Origin: Felis catus
Taxonomy: Eukaryota
Direction of reading: 5' to 3'
Assembly (NCBI RefSeq): GCF_018350175.1
Contig: NC_058368.1
Span: forward strand, 209,810,001-209,874,000
DNA: 64,000 nucleotides
The notes below the pieces were generated by a model. It saw only the letters and a list, made by a program, of their open reading frames with translations. It was not told the DNA's origin and did not search any database. This document shows, piece after piece, positions 37,063 through 50,770 of this stretch (position 1 is its first letter; each line of letters opens with the position of its first letter). The position numbers and the translations under genes were made by a program.

Positions 37063-40000
37063 GCCAGGTCCCAATATAAAATACATTTGTATCTTTTCTT
37101 CCTGTTTTTTTGAAGGGGGCACCCAAATAGGAATAGATTTGTATTTTATTTGTAGGTTCTAGTAAAAAAAAAAAAAAAGTAGCTTCCAAACATTGGTAGA
37201 TGCCCCCATTCAGTTAATAGTAGACGTTTAAAAAAGGAGTCAGGACTCCGTCGTTGTCATCTTCACTTCCTATGACCTTGGGCTGCCCACAGCACCCAAA
37301 AATGTATGTCATCTTGCTAGTGGAGACGAAGGAGACGAGGGTGCTGATCTCTAACATACAGTTGAAATGAACAGAAATTCTGCAGACGTTGTTAAGAAGG
37401 GGACATTTTTGAGAAGAGATTTAGCTTCATGCAACTTTGAGCAAAGAGGCATTTACTTTCCTCGGTGATTCTTAGTGAAGAAGAGTCAAACCACCTCTAT
37501 AAGCAGCTGAGAACAATTTTGTGAAATTCACAGTCAAGTAAATCACAAGTATCTTCCCAGGGGTTTCCACCTTGGCCAAAGTTTCCTTCCCACGTAGCTG
37601 TTCATAATATCACAAAACTTCATATTTCATTCACCTATAATACCACTTCATTTTATGAGGTTATATTGCATGAGAATGACAAGGAAGCTTCTTTACAAAT
37701 TTATTGCTTGTGATGGCATATAATTTGTCAGGCAAATTGATTTTTAATTCGACCCTTAAAACTGTCAACGAAAGTCTTTCTTCGAGTTCTACAGTTTACT
37801 AGTAAAATGAAGTGTGGAAAGGCAAAAGGGAAACGTTCTATTCTGAAAGATGGGTAAAGAGTAAACTCAAAGGAACAGACAATATTATTTAGTGGAAGAA
37901 AAAGTCACACAAATCAACTTTTATCCCCAGTCTTCTAGGACTAAGCAGCCATCCCTTTCCTCTGGCTATAGTCATCCTCTGAAAATGAACTTTCATACGG
38001 GGAAGCAGTGAGGGGAAATTGAGACCCAGCTTTCACTGCTGCTACCTCCAATATCAAAGGCCTTCCAGTGGCCTCCTTGACCTCTGGTTGGGAATACTTC
38101 TCCTGGATTACCAGCTGGTGAGGTCCTCTGAGTGGTCAAGGTCGCTCTTCTCTACACTAGCCTTAACCATCCACCAGACTCTCATTACAGCCTAGCACAG
38201 CCCTGTGATCATTCCAGTGACACGGTCTGCCGGGGAACCTGCCATGGGGACTTCCTCTCTCTCTCAGCAAGGTTTTAAGAAAACCTCTGAAGAGCCAGCT
38301 CTGAGATTCACTTCTCACAGGCCCACAAGCTGCCGGCACAAGACCCACTGAGAGGTGATTTAGATACCCATTTACCCTTCACATTAGCCCATCCTTTGCT
38401 CACGATATTGGAATGTGCTGCACAATATGCTTTTCTGAAGAGGAACCAGGGAGTAATTCATCTTCTTTATGTGTGCTAAGCAGAGCAAGAGGGAGAGGCG
38501 AGCAGGACCCATGATGAGCTGGGGAGTAGTGATTAGTAACAGCTGACAGCCTCAGACCAAGACCCTTTCTTTGGTTACCTCATTGTAACAGCCGAGCACA
38601 AAGGAATGATTGTCTTCTCGCCAAGATTTAGAAACCCAGGACCACAGAAAATAGCAGCTAAAAGAAAAAGCATGGGTTGGGCCATGGAGACAAGGGGCTG
38701 ATCAGACCAACTCCTGGTTATACCTATGAAGCTTGGCTTTGAAAAGAAACCTCTGTCATGTACAAAGATGTGCCAACATGCAGTCAGCCATCAACAGCAC
38801 CCACCAGGACCACTTATGTGACCAGGGAAAGTAGGTGACTTCCCTCACAGTAGAAAGAGTGTGTGGAGAGCAGCAAATTACTTCAGCTTAATGACAGGAA
38901 GTTCTTTGAGGGCCAGAGCTCCAGCCCCTTCTGCCTTTTCCCCAGAAGAATCATGATTTACAACCAATCACTAGATGACTAGCTTGCAATTTCCAAAGCA
39001 GCCTCTTTGCTTTGAATTACTGGCTGTGGAAAAGACCTTTATGTCCTGTGTCCCATGCGACTTTCTTCGGAAGATGATGGTCAAGACAGCATGTTTCCCT
39101 GCTGGCAGAATGCTGAGTGGGACTAAACTCCACAACTGGGCCAGACTCGTTCAAAGTTAATCAAAAGGCATCTCAAGCTGACTGCAGAACATGTCAGGCT
39201 CAAGGGGTTCCCTTTCTTCCCACGGAAGGCCTGTCCCTCACAGAAGAAAAGGAATTGAAAGCCGCATGGAAATTGAAAGCAACATATGGACGTTAAAAAC
39301 CAGTTCGACCTGGCCCAGCTTCCCAGAACAGTTGAGGCAGGAGTGTGTCTCCACCCGCTGAAATGAGGTTGGGAAGCAGCAGAGATTCCTGGGGCCAAAG
39401 GAGCCATACCCACAGTTGCAACTTGACATCCATCCCATTCCTTGCCATGAAAAGATTCTGGAATCATCACCACTCTGAGAACTTGGAAATGGACCGAGGT
39501 TAAGTTTGTTTATTGAAACTGAAATGAACATATTCTAAAAAAGATACATTTCTTATATATAAAAAAAGAAATAATTAAGAATAAAATGTGTTCACTTTAG
39601 CTATTCTCGAAATTAAATCTAGGATGTAGGACCTTATATACTATATACAAGAATAAATTTTCAAAAATTTCAGTCCATGTTCTGGCCAGTTAAAAGAATG
39701 TGACAGTTAAGTCTTTCGGGACAGAGCTGGGGTTGAACAGAGAAGGAAGAGAAAATTATGGAGACAAGGGGTGGAGAGAATGACAGAAGGAGAGAAGAGA
39801 GAAAGACGAGAAGGGAGACCACCAAGCAGAGAAGCATGGGATGGAGAAAAAGTTCAGTAGGTGCTTTATCTCAGTCAGCATATTTCTTGGGCAGTGGCCA
39901 ACACACCCCTTTTCAGTTCTGATTAATTTTCTCAGCATTTAAAACTTCATCAGTTGTTCTTATCTAATCTATAAAGGAATAGTCGCACCCAAGGAGGGGG

Positions 40001-40778
40001 AGATTATGCTCCCGGCTACCTGACCTAAACAATAAAGCAGTATCACTTCACCCAGTGAAAAAGACTGTGGCAAACTCTAGAATGGGTTGGCTTCCCTTAC
40101 ATCTGCCTTAAGTATAGTAAGAGCACAGTCTCTCCTTGAAACAGGAAAAGCTGCATTTTTGCCCCCAGGGCCAAGGGCGACAATGGAACTGAATTATTCC
40201 CGATCTATTCCACCAGCAGTGGTGCAAGACTTTTGCAGCTTTTCCCTTCTACAAAAGGGAGTTGTTTCTGCATATTCTACCTTAGTTTTGCAACCTTGGT
40301 ACATAGTTTCTGTGTGCTTCTCAGTTTCATATGATGTTTTTTAAAGAGGTATTTAGAAATTCCCACACGTTCTCCAAAGAAAATTAGGGGCAGCCCCTTC
40401 CATCTAACTCCACTTATCCTGAATAGACTTCAGGGATATCCAGGAGGGTGCAGAGACAGGGAGTGGAGATGGTGTGTGGTTGATTTGGCACTGATGTTGC
40501 ATGGATTGGATTGTAAAAATTATTCTTTAACTTGGAAAATGAGGATAGGGTGGGTAACAATGCAGTTGCCAGTGTTTGGAAAAAACAACTACTGGATGGG
40601 TCATTGAGTAAGATCTGGTAACATTAGATGGCAAAAAACAAAACACAAAAACAAAAACAAACGAACAAAAAACACAGAGAGAGGGGAGAGTGAACTGGCA
40701 ACATTGTTAAAAAGGGGGATGAGATAAAATATTTATAAATAAGGTAAGCGAAAGCAAAGTGAAAAACTGAATTCAATA

Positions 40779-40983
40779 TGGGAAGTCTGGGTGGCTCAAT
40801 TGGTTAAGCACCCAACTCCTGATTTCGGCTCAGGTCGTGATCTCACGGTTCGTGATTTCAAGCCCCATGTTGGGCTCTGCTTGAACAGTGTGGAGACTGG
40901 GATTCTCTCTCTTTCTCTCTCTCTCTCCCACTGCCTCTCTCCCTCCCTCCCTCTCAAAATAAATAAATAAACTTAAAAAAAAA
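40779..40983 (+). mobile_element. Can-SINE
   Basis: ctgggtggctcaattggttaagc…(CT)n…aaataaataaa. Confidence 0.85.
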
Positions 40984-41149
40984 GCTGAATTCAAATGAAT
41001 GATTTCAAATGAATGATTCAAATAGCTACCATGGCCCCATCGCAAATAATGGAAAGAGGTAGCAAGGCAGTGAAGTTATAGTAAGGATAGTAAGGGTATA
41101 GTAAGGATAACTTGATCTCACCACCAGGACCATGGTGATCATGCCTGAA

Positions 41150-41214
41150 AGACCAAGACCTGAGCTGAAGTCAAGAGTTGGATGCTTAACTGACTGAGCC
41201 ACCCATGCGCCCCA
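41150..41214 (-). mobile_element. Can-SINE head fragment
   Basis: gacctgagctgaagtcaagagttggatgcttaactgactgagccacccatgcgcccc. Confidence 0.7.
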
Positions 41215-42919
41215 TCTTGCTTCTTTTAAAAGTGGCTATAGTCATTGCTTCTACAATTAAAAAAATTTCACTTATTCATGCATTTATTCAACTTTTATGA
41301 AGGACCTTCTCAATACTCTGGCCAAAGGCATGATTGATAGGGTCCTCATGCATTTTAGTAGACGTAAAATTTTAAAATATATTTTTGTGAAACAGCCCTG
41401 AACAAGTAAAATGCATAAATTATCCAGCAGAATGATTTGGAATGGAATTGGGAGGAAAACGGGGAAATCTGTTGGTACGTATTAGAAGGAAATGGTTGTA
41501 ATAAACTCCGGAGTTTGTTTGCTTTGAATCCTGGCTCTATCACCTGTGACTGGTCAAGATATGTAACCTCTCAGTGTCTTAGTAAATGAAGGATAATAAT
41601 GGTATTTACTTCCCAGGGTCATTCCAAGGAATAAATGAGTTTGATGTACGATGCCTTAGAAAGATATCTGACACATATAAGTTAGCCACGATGATGATGA
41701 CGCATATGTTTTTGTTTTATAAAAATATTTTTAACTCTGAAGGGTTCCTTGGAACATGACTATAAAATGTGAGAACTTCATCAGTAAAATCAGACCCCAT
41801 CCTGCTAGGCACCTGCTAAGTGCTTTATCTCATTAAATCCTCCCAAACCTGCAAGGTTAATAATGGTCATAATAATGGTCAACCCCATTTACAGATTAGG
41901 ACACAGGGAGGTTAAATCTCTTGCTCAGGATCACACAGTTAGTAAAAGTGGCATTGCTGGCGTGTGAACTCAAGTTTCCTTGCCTCCAGAACTCCCTGTT
42001 TAATCCCTACATTGACAGCCCTGGAGATTCTTTGTGAGATAAAGTCTTTGCACTGGACTTGTATCAATTGTTGACTTGCATTTGATTCACCTAAATGGGG
42101 AACTCTGGCAAAAATCTGTTAAATTCATATTTGAATGGATGCTCTACATCACAACAAAAAAGGATCATGCACATGTTGAAAAGTCAAGCAATGGTGATGA
42201 ATGGCTACTGTCCAAGCACTGAGCAGCCTTCACTAGAATTAGTCTGAGATCTCATTGAACTGGGGAGTCCTAACATGCAGGCTTTATTCAGAAGTCGATA
42301 TACCATTGTGCATTTTAAATCAAAGGAGAAAGGAGGAACACTCAACCATGGATAATTTCACACTGCAAAGGCCTTAGGAAATTCCTAGAACTCTCATGTC
42401 TCTTGGTGAAGCTGCACCAACCCCCCCACCCCCCGCACCCCCCCGCCCATTCCCTTTAGAGTATCAGTTATGGAACTTTCTCTGAGTCTATCCATGATGG
42501 CGCTCACCATCATCTCCTTGGCTAGCTCTTCTCTATTGGGTAGGTTTGAATTTTAAAAAATGGTGGTTAGGAAGAAGCAAAATCTGGTTCCTTATAACCC
42601 TTTTCTCTTGAGATAAATTTTCCTTCTGGAGGAATACAGAGCAAGTCTGGTTCACATTTATCAGAGGGACATTGGGCTTTTTTCTCCAGACTAAATACTC
42701 ATCATTTCTCCAACGGATCCTCATGTACCATTATTTCCAGATGATTGCCAACCTGTAATCCCTCTCACTGCTTACCAGTCAATGCCCTCATGCTCTGGTC
42801 CAAACCTTCTTGGCCCAGCTTTGTTGCCTGCCCAGGCCTACCCCATTCTTCCAGGCAACTTAGAATTCTCAGTGTTCCTTAGCTGAGCCTTGAGTTTCAT
42901 AGTCGATTTTGTTTTACAG

Positions 42920-43008
42920 TCATGCATGGGGCCTTGAACTCATGACACTGAGATCAAGACCTGAACTGAGATCAAGAGTTGGACCAACTGAGCCACCCAG
43001 GCACCCCT
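42920..43008 (-). mobile_element. Short Can-SINE (head only)
   Basis: catggggccttgaactcatgacactgagatcaagacctga…gagccacccaggcacccc. Confidence 0.75.
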
Positions 43009-46000
43009 ACGCTCTCCATTTAAATGTTCAACTCCTTGAGGCTAGAGACTGGCAATGTCTCTTCATACCTTTATTCCCCACATTGGTTAGCACAGTGCCT
43101 GCCCAAAACAGGAGCCCAATAAATGTGTCTTGGAATAGATTCAGCACCCTCTTAATAGCTACTTTGCTTTGTCAAAGTCACTCCTGAATGTGCTCAGAAT
43201 TAACAAATTACTCCTGATGCAGTGTGACCAGCGCAGAGTACAGTGAACTATTAATAATTATAACTGAGTAAACACGACTATATTCATTCTTTTTTCGCCA
43301 CCACATCCTACTGTTGGTTCATATTAAGCTTTTAGTCACATGAACTGGTGCCAAGCTCAGTCTCTCCCCATCCTGTAATTGCACAATTGCCTTTTGAATC
43401 TGAAAGCAGAAATATACATTTATCCCCTGCTCAACTTCATTTTGTTGGTTTCCATCCAGCCCTGCAGCCAATTGAAGTCATTTTGAATCATGATCTTAGG
43501 CATATGTGGTAGAAGCCATTCTTCTGGGGCTTATGTCATCTGAAAACCCAGTGTAGGTGCCTTCTAGGTCTTTAAGTTGTTGATAAAAATGTGAACAGGA
43601 GAGGGCTTTTAAAAAGTACAACACTGCACTTCACTAGGTTTTTCCAGCTTGATATGGGGTCCTAAACACTCTTTAGGTGGAAATGTTCAGCCAGTTTCAA
43701 ACTGATTTCACTGTCTTATTAGGTCCTATTTTATTGTCAAAAGTAGTACTAGAGATTCAAAAAATTTGAGAACAACCCAAACAAATTGTGACAGGAATTC
43801 CACACTAAACGTTATTATAGGAAGAGAGTAATTTCACAATATATTCCTTGTAGAACATGAAACTATTACAAAGTGTTTTCTGGGAATCCAGTAAGCCTGA
43901 CTTCTTAGCTTTAGGAAATAACTCTCTTTTCCTGAAAGGGTCAGTGGTATCAATCTAGAAAGGTATACACTGATAAATATCTTTCTCTACTAAATGGGAA
44001 TGTAATATTATTGGGGGAGAGATACAAACACACCAAGAATTAATACAAACATGAGTTGTTCATATGAGAAAGACATAATAATTATTTTAAGCTTCAGGAA
44101 AGTTTATTGGATAGCTCATCAGGAAAAAAATTCTGGATGTGCTCTACTGACCATCGAAAGGTTCCTTATCTGAGTGCCTTTAATTCATCTTCGCTTTTAC
44201 TTCTTCCATGATAACATATCAGCTTGTGATTTTCCAGGTTATCATCTTTCAATTATGAATATACACAATGGCCCACGTTTATTGCTATATGCCCTGTGGC
44301 TACCAGAGTCGAGACTCGATAGATATTCAGTGAATGAATGATGAATGACATAGTCTGCAAATTCAGTAGGTGAGAATAAGCAACTGTACTCCATCCACGA
44401 ATCAAGAAGTTATTTATGTAGCATCTACTATAACGGGAGCTCATCACTGCAATGGGTCCTGGGATGCAGATGTATAAACAGTAGTTCCTAAGCCCAAGGA
44501 GATCTTCTGTTGAGTAAACAAGTCATATTCTCACCAAATAATCAAATGTTCAACCATATATGACATCAAGAATTAAATGCACAAGAATGGGAAAATTGTG
44601 GAAAATGTTCAGTTCATGTAGAGAAAAGACTTTATCGTAAGCAGTGAAATTAAGGCAACAGAAACACTTTAGCATTATAAATTGGTCCAGTACAAATGTA
44701 GAGGCCACCCTGCAATAGGGGCCACACGGCACTACAGAGAGGGGGCTTTCGTGACAAATGGATCTGAGTTTGAACACAGGTTCAGCTACTTCCTAGCAGG
44801 GGAACCTTGGGAAGTTTCCTCGTCCGTACAATGGAGATAGTAGTAACGACCTTGCAGAAGGGATAACAAATATGTGTGTTCAATGCCTGCTGTGTCTTTC
44901 ATAATCAATAACTGCTAGTCATTATTATGGCAGGTATAATAAAAATTGTCACTGATGAATCAAATAAATCTGCAATGCAGACAATCATTTTATCACTTTA
45001 AGGTGAGAGTAAACACAATTTGAAAGATGATGCCAATGTTCTCAGATATTTTCAGCTTAGCGTGTAAACCACACATTATTTAGCGAATTATTGAGGAGTC
45101 ACCATGTGCCCGGCTCTGTCCCAGGCTAAGTAAACCATGTAGCATTGCCTCTAATTTACACACATCTTAATCCTATGGAAACCTGATTGTAGAGAATGTA
45201 ATCCCACAGGGGATCTGCAAACAACCTTGGAAACCAAGTCTGTTATCAAAAAGCCAAAATTAAATGCCTAAAACTGGGGCTTAAGTCATAGCTGAGGACC
45301 TCCAGGTTTGGTGAGTGAGGCCAAGAAACCAAGATTTATACATGTGAGGTACAAAATGCCATTACTGGTTAGTGGTGAGGCCAGCGCAGAATGACAGTTT
45401 CACCAGGCCTTCTGTTAATGCGACACGGCTTAAAGCTTTGCCATACAGCACACCAACTTGAAACTCCGTTTATAACACGTCACATCCTGGAAGGTCATGA
45501 CCTTTCTTGGCAAGTGGGTTTTTTATTTTAACATAGAAAATGGAGGGATTTCAATTGCTTACTCAGGCTCACCCACAGGCAGTTTTCTCATTCAGAAACG
45601 CAGAGAAGCGTTTCTGAGGGCATGATGTAGGAAGCAGCCAGTCAGCTGAAAAGAGGTGAGGTCACATGTGACAGGAGCTCCGAAACTGGTTACTGTTTAG
45701 TGACAAAGCCAAGGTGTCGTGGATGAGGATGTCTCAGATGACCTGGGCCAACACTGAGGAACCGATCCTCTCTGGGCAGACCCTATAAGCACAAGCAAGG
45801 AAGGGCTTTGCACCTGACACTCCCCCGCAAGGAAGCCAAAAGGGCCTTCGAAGTTGATGTTGATAGTAGTGAAGCCGAATCTGAGGGGTGGCGCTCACTA
45901 ACAGGACCCTAGTGCCTACAATTCACATAAAGCATGCTCACAGCCACCATCTGAGCCGAGCTCTCCTGGGGTTCCCTGGGTGGCACAGAGAGCAAATATT

Positions 46001-48358
46001 TCTATTACTATCACTACTACGATTGCCACGCCACAGACGAGCCGTGAGCGCCAAAGCAACTTCCCCACAGCGAGTTAGTACCGTGACTGGTATAGAAACG
46101 AGTCGGGTAGCCCCAAGGTTTGTGTTCTTGAGAACCGCACAGGGATCACCACAGATACATAAAGGCAGAGCGAGGCTCCTCTTCTCTGATCAGACGCTCT
46201 GCCCTACTCAGCTGGCCCCTCTTCAACTTCTCAGTGTAAACATTTCGTCCTTGCAGAGGAGGAGATCCAGGGCCCGGGGTCTGCGTGTAACAGCTCTGCG
46301 ACTGCCTTCGCTGGCACCTAGCACGGCTGACCGAGGGAGCTCAACACTGAATGAATCAACAACCTCAATTCGACAATAGCGGCTGTGCATGACTCGGGAG
46401 CACAAATGCCGTGCGGACGAGGGAGGGAATGAAGCATGAAAACATATGGCAGAGGCTGTCAGCACTATTTAATGCGTACGCAGTGAAAGCACAGAGCTGT
46501 ACAAGGCTTGACAAGGGAAATAAAAGACACGCTGCAGTCTGTGCCCCTGTGTATCGATGGTCTTACAGAGGCCACAGCACACGTAAATGCCTCATGAATA
46601 CTTGCGGAGTAACTCTCCAATGTGTAGAGGTGTAAAACGTTTCAAGTAGGGAGATAAACTCTGCAAAGACATGAGGTGCATGGGAGAACCATCCACGGGG
46701 AGTTGGGGAGTCAGTATGGAAGAAACACAAACACACCCCTTCCCCTACCCCTGAGTGTTTTGAGGCATGAGAACATTTTCACCGGCTTTTCCAGCTCATT
46801 GTGGATTTTCTATACGCGCAAACAATTTTCTGTGTGCTCCCTAGCAGCCCCGGCAGGGCCGTAAGGACCCCCTCAGAGCTGGAGGCTGACATCAAAGCAG
46901 ATTAAAAAGAAAATAATGAACATTTTCCTTTCTCTTAGCTAACCATGCTTGGCCAACTTGAGATAAATTTATTGAACACTTAGTAAGTGCCAGGCACAGA
47001 ACTACAGAGGGAAATACAACCTCGTGCTTGCTCTCAGTGCTCACGGGGCAGGCAGGGCAGTGTTGGGTGAGCCTCAGACCGGGGGCTGGGAAAGAAGGGA
47101 TGGGTGTGAGGCACAAGAAGAGAGGGACCCTGGAGAAAAAGGATTTGGGAAATAGTAATAACCTATAAGCCAGAGTTCTGGCAACACTTAACTTTGCTGT
47201 CGGGGACAACTTGAAAAGCACATTTAGGGAGAAGGAGCAATTTTACTGCCAAATCAAATCTGCCCGTGCATGTTTACCGGTTCGGACTCTGAGAGCCAAG
47301 GATTTAGTAGTGATGTTGTCAGAACCAATGAATGGGTTAGGAGAACTCGCGAGGGGTAAATGTGGAGTCAGAGGTTAGGTATTTATGTGAACACTGGAAC
47401 ACATCGAAGGCATAAAGGCTGTTGAAATTCTAATTATGAGACATGAAATAACCCGAATTTTGAAAACGAGTACCCCTCACAAGGCTGCCAAACACCTAGC
47501 ATCTGTTCAAATCTATTATGAGCCATTCCCTCAGGGAGGGAACGTGAAAGAATTGCAAGAAGCTGCCAAGAAGTGTGCTTGCAAGGGATGCCACGTTCGT
47601 GCCATAAATTTATGTGTGACCTTCTTCATTAAGTAACACCACTGCTGACCACAGACATGCCGCAGAACGGACGACGCACTCGCTCACAAAGCACATGTGA
47701 GGTCAATGCTTCTAAGAGGTGGTAAAACAATTTGAGAAGTACATCTTACAAAAGATACTAAATGCACTAAAAAGCCAACAAGGACATCAGCCTGACTTGT
47801 CACATTTGGTTTATGGAGCTGAACCTTTGCTCAATTTTCAGTACCCTCTCCCTATCCATTTCAAAGCCTGCAATTTACAGTAGCTTTGTCAGTTTCCCTA
47901 ATCCAGCTTTTAGAGGTTTTAACTTCGTTCGCTGGTTCCTAAGAATCGTTTTTGGTGACATTTTCTTCCACTGTGCATCTACTCGTAGACTCACTATGAG
48001 AGGAGAATTAAAAAACCATGTGATGCAGCAGTGTTAGTAACACACAGCTATATTGGGTTACTTTCTTTTTACTGAACGTTTTAGGCCCAGTTTTACTCCC
48101 TGGGTAACTCTGGGAATTCTCCGGAGGCGTGCAGAAGACGTGAATCTAGCTCTTTGTGTCTGTAACTGTACACCTGTTATTGATGCAGAGGATGAAAAGA
48201 AAACACCAAACACACATTGTTCTATTTTTAAGCTGTTGTACTCAGTTCCAGGGGAGGAAAGTACCCTGTCTCCCCTTGAAAGTTACCAAGAGCCAACTAT
48301 CCTGCTGTAGTGTAAACTCTATTTCCCAACTTCCAAGATAGAGGAGAGAGAGGGAATA

Positions 48359-48362
<4 letters not shown>

Positions 48363-48397
<35 letters not shown>
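48363..48397. repeat. (GT)n microsatellite
   Basis: Direct reading of the sequence. Confidence 0.9.
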
Positions 48398-48398
<1 letters not shown>

Positions 48399-48646
48399 AT
48401 ACCAGTGGGGGCTGGAGGTGCCAAAATAAATCTTTCCTCACATCCGGAAATGCCTATCAGGGGAGCGAACTAGCTGGCAACCAGAAAAGTCTCATGTAAT
48501 GTTCACTGTCTCAGCCGGCACACGCTCTCGTGTCCTAGGGCAGAACCACATGCCATGGCGTTAGCAGGCTCTCCACCAAATGTTAACTGAAAGATAGAAT
48601 CAGTGAATCTTTCCAGGAATAGCATGGCAAAGAATTCTGCCTTTTT

Positions 48647-48689
<43 letters not shown>

Positions 48690-48747
48690 GAAAGAAAGAG
48701 AAAGAAAGAAAGAAACGAAAGAAAGAAAGAGAAAGAAAGAAAGAAAG

Positions 48748-48794
<47 letters not shown>

Positions 48795-48801
48795 AAAGAA
48801 A
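48647..48801. repeat. Compound (GAAA)n purine microsatellite, ~155 bp
   Basis: Direct reading of the sequence. Confidence 0.95.
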
Positions 48802-49932
48802 GCCAACTTCATAAATTGGCAGTTGGGTGGTGCAATATTTCTCTGTCAAGAGTCCAAATGTTGGCTTTTCTGTTCTGACACTACTCAAGAAAGCAGCGTA
48901 ATGAGTTTCCGGAACAGCTAGGTCACCTGGGAATTTTGATCCTTCTTCCCTTCTGTGTTGACATTTCCAAAAAACATACAATGCATAACCCTTTTTTCAC
49001 ATGAAAACGGAGACTTTCATGACACTTTCTAACACAACTGAAAAAACTCTGGGAACTCCGAAAATGATTGTTGCCAGCCTCTCGGTGGATGAGGACCAAA
49101 CAAAATGATTCCTTGCTTCCATAAAACTTACAGTTGGCTGGAGGAAGTGGGGAATGACAGTGGGGCCAGCTGGTCACACTGCAAGGGTAGGAAAGGTTTC
49201 TGGAGGAAGTGACATCCCAGGTAAGTCCTGAAGGTAAGGAGGGCTTTCAGGTGAAGAGGCTGGAGAAGATTCGACACGGGAGGTGAGAAATGAGATGGAA
49301 AGGGATAGGCAGAAGCCATAGAAGACATACGCACAACTGACCTTTATTCCAAAAGCAATGTGAGGGGTAAGCTCAGAGTTACTCAACTCTTTAGTGAGAC
49401 TCTATAGTCTTCATGCAAAAAAGCAGGCAGGGGGACAGAGCAGGGGAACTGATACTGTAGATTAGGACTGAGCCGGTTTTGTCTGGGCTAGGGCGGGGGC
49501 GGAGGCCAGAGGCAGAAGTCAGAGTTAAGGAGGTAGAATCCACAAGCCTGGGGATGGGGAGGAACCAGAGGAGGAGACTAAGTTTCTGCCGTAGCTTCTG
49601 GTTTCTACATTTCACTTTGATAAAACAACAACAGCAAAACCCCTTTATAATAGTTTTCCTTCTCTTTCTTTCTAAATTAAAAATTGCTGAATTCCCCCTC
49701 CAATATTTACATTCTTCCCCCAGGAATAAATTTCTTCTACATGAACTCACCATCTTCATAATAATGAACCAGCCGTTTTAAAATCTTAGTAACTTGGAAG
49801 GGACCTGTGGGTCCTTTCTAGGCAGAGAGGAGAGCTTAGAATTATGAGGTCTTTACTGGGCCTTTAAGTTTATTTTGTATACAATTCTAGTTATGCACAT
49901 ACCTGGTAACTCATTCTGTAGCCTATATCCAT

Positions 49933-50140
49933 TTTTTTTTTAAGTTTTATTTATTTAGTTTTGAGAGAGAGAGAGGAGAGCACATGCACACGTTTGTGTG
50001 CAGGCGGGGGAGGGGCAGAAGGAGGCAGAGAGAGAGAGAGATCCCAAGCAGTCTCTGTGCAGTCAGCACAGAGCCCCATGAGGGGCTTGAACTCACAAAC
50101 TGTGAGGTCATGACCTGAGCCACCCAGGTGGCTGAGCCCC
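49933..50140 (-). mobile_element. Can-SINE with internal deletion
   Basis: poly-T, (GA)n, ggggcttgaactcac…gagccacccagg. Confidence 0.85.
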
Positions 50141-50542
50141 ATCTCATGCCTACTTTGAAACAAATGAAAGAATCGCATTCTCAAAGAGTAGCCCTGTCTA
50201 ACTCAATATTCTCTGGCCAACTGAGTTCTACCAGCTCCTAAGAGCTATGGTCACTAAGGCTCTTCAAGGCCTCTATTGTATTATAGACTTCTAGTGCTTG
50301 TACCTGTTTGTGAATCTCTTGACCTAAAATCATGGTCTGAGAGACAGAGAAAGAAGTCAAAAACACTAGACAGATATGATCAGCAAACTTCAGATGTGGA
50401 AAGCTAATGTTACATGACAAACAATCTAGTCTCTTCAACAAACAAATTGCAAAAGAAAAGAGTGGGAGAGAGTGAGAGAGAGTGGTGAAGAGAGAGAGAG
50501 AGAGAGAAACTATAGATCAAGAGATTTAAAAGATACAAAACA

Positions 50543-50770
50543 GGGGAGCCTGGGTGGCTCAGTCAGTTAAATGTCCAACTTCAGCTCAGGTCATGATCTC
50601 CGGGCTCCTGGGTTCGAGCCCTGCATCAGGCTCTCTACTGTCAGCACAGAGCCCACTTTGGATCCTCTGTCTCCCTCTCTCTGTCCCTACCCCACTCGTG
50701 TGCATGTGCATGCACACGTGCTCTCTCTCTCTCTCTCTCAAAAACAAATAAACATAAAAAACAAATCTAA
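50543..50770 (+). mobile_element. Can-SINE inserted in an old L1 fragment
   Basis: TSD taaa(a/g)gatacaaaaca. Confidence 0.88.

Noticed and set aside
45888..46379. 163-aa ORF antisense to intron 3
   Set aside because: GTG start, no homology that I recognise, overlaps an L2-like relic; explained by local GC/CpG richness.
48583..48981. KKER-rich and FLSF-rich ORFs
   Set aside because: Translations of the (GAAA)n microsatellite.
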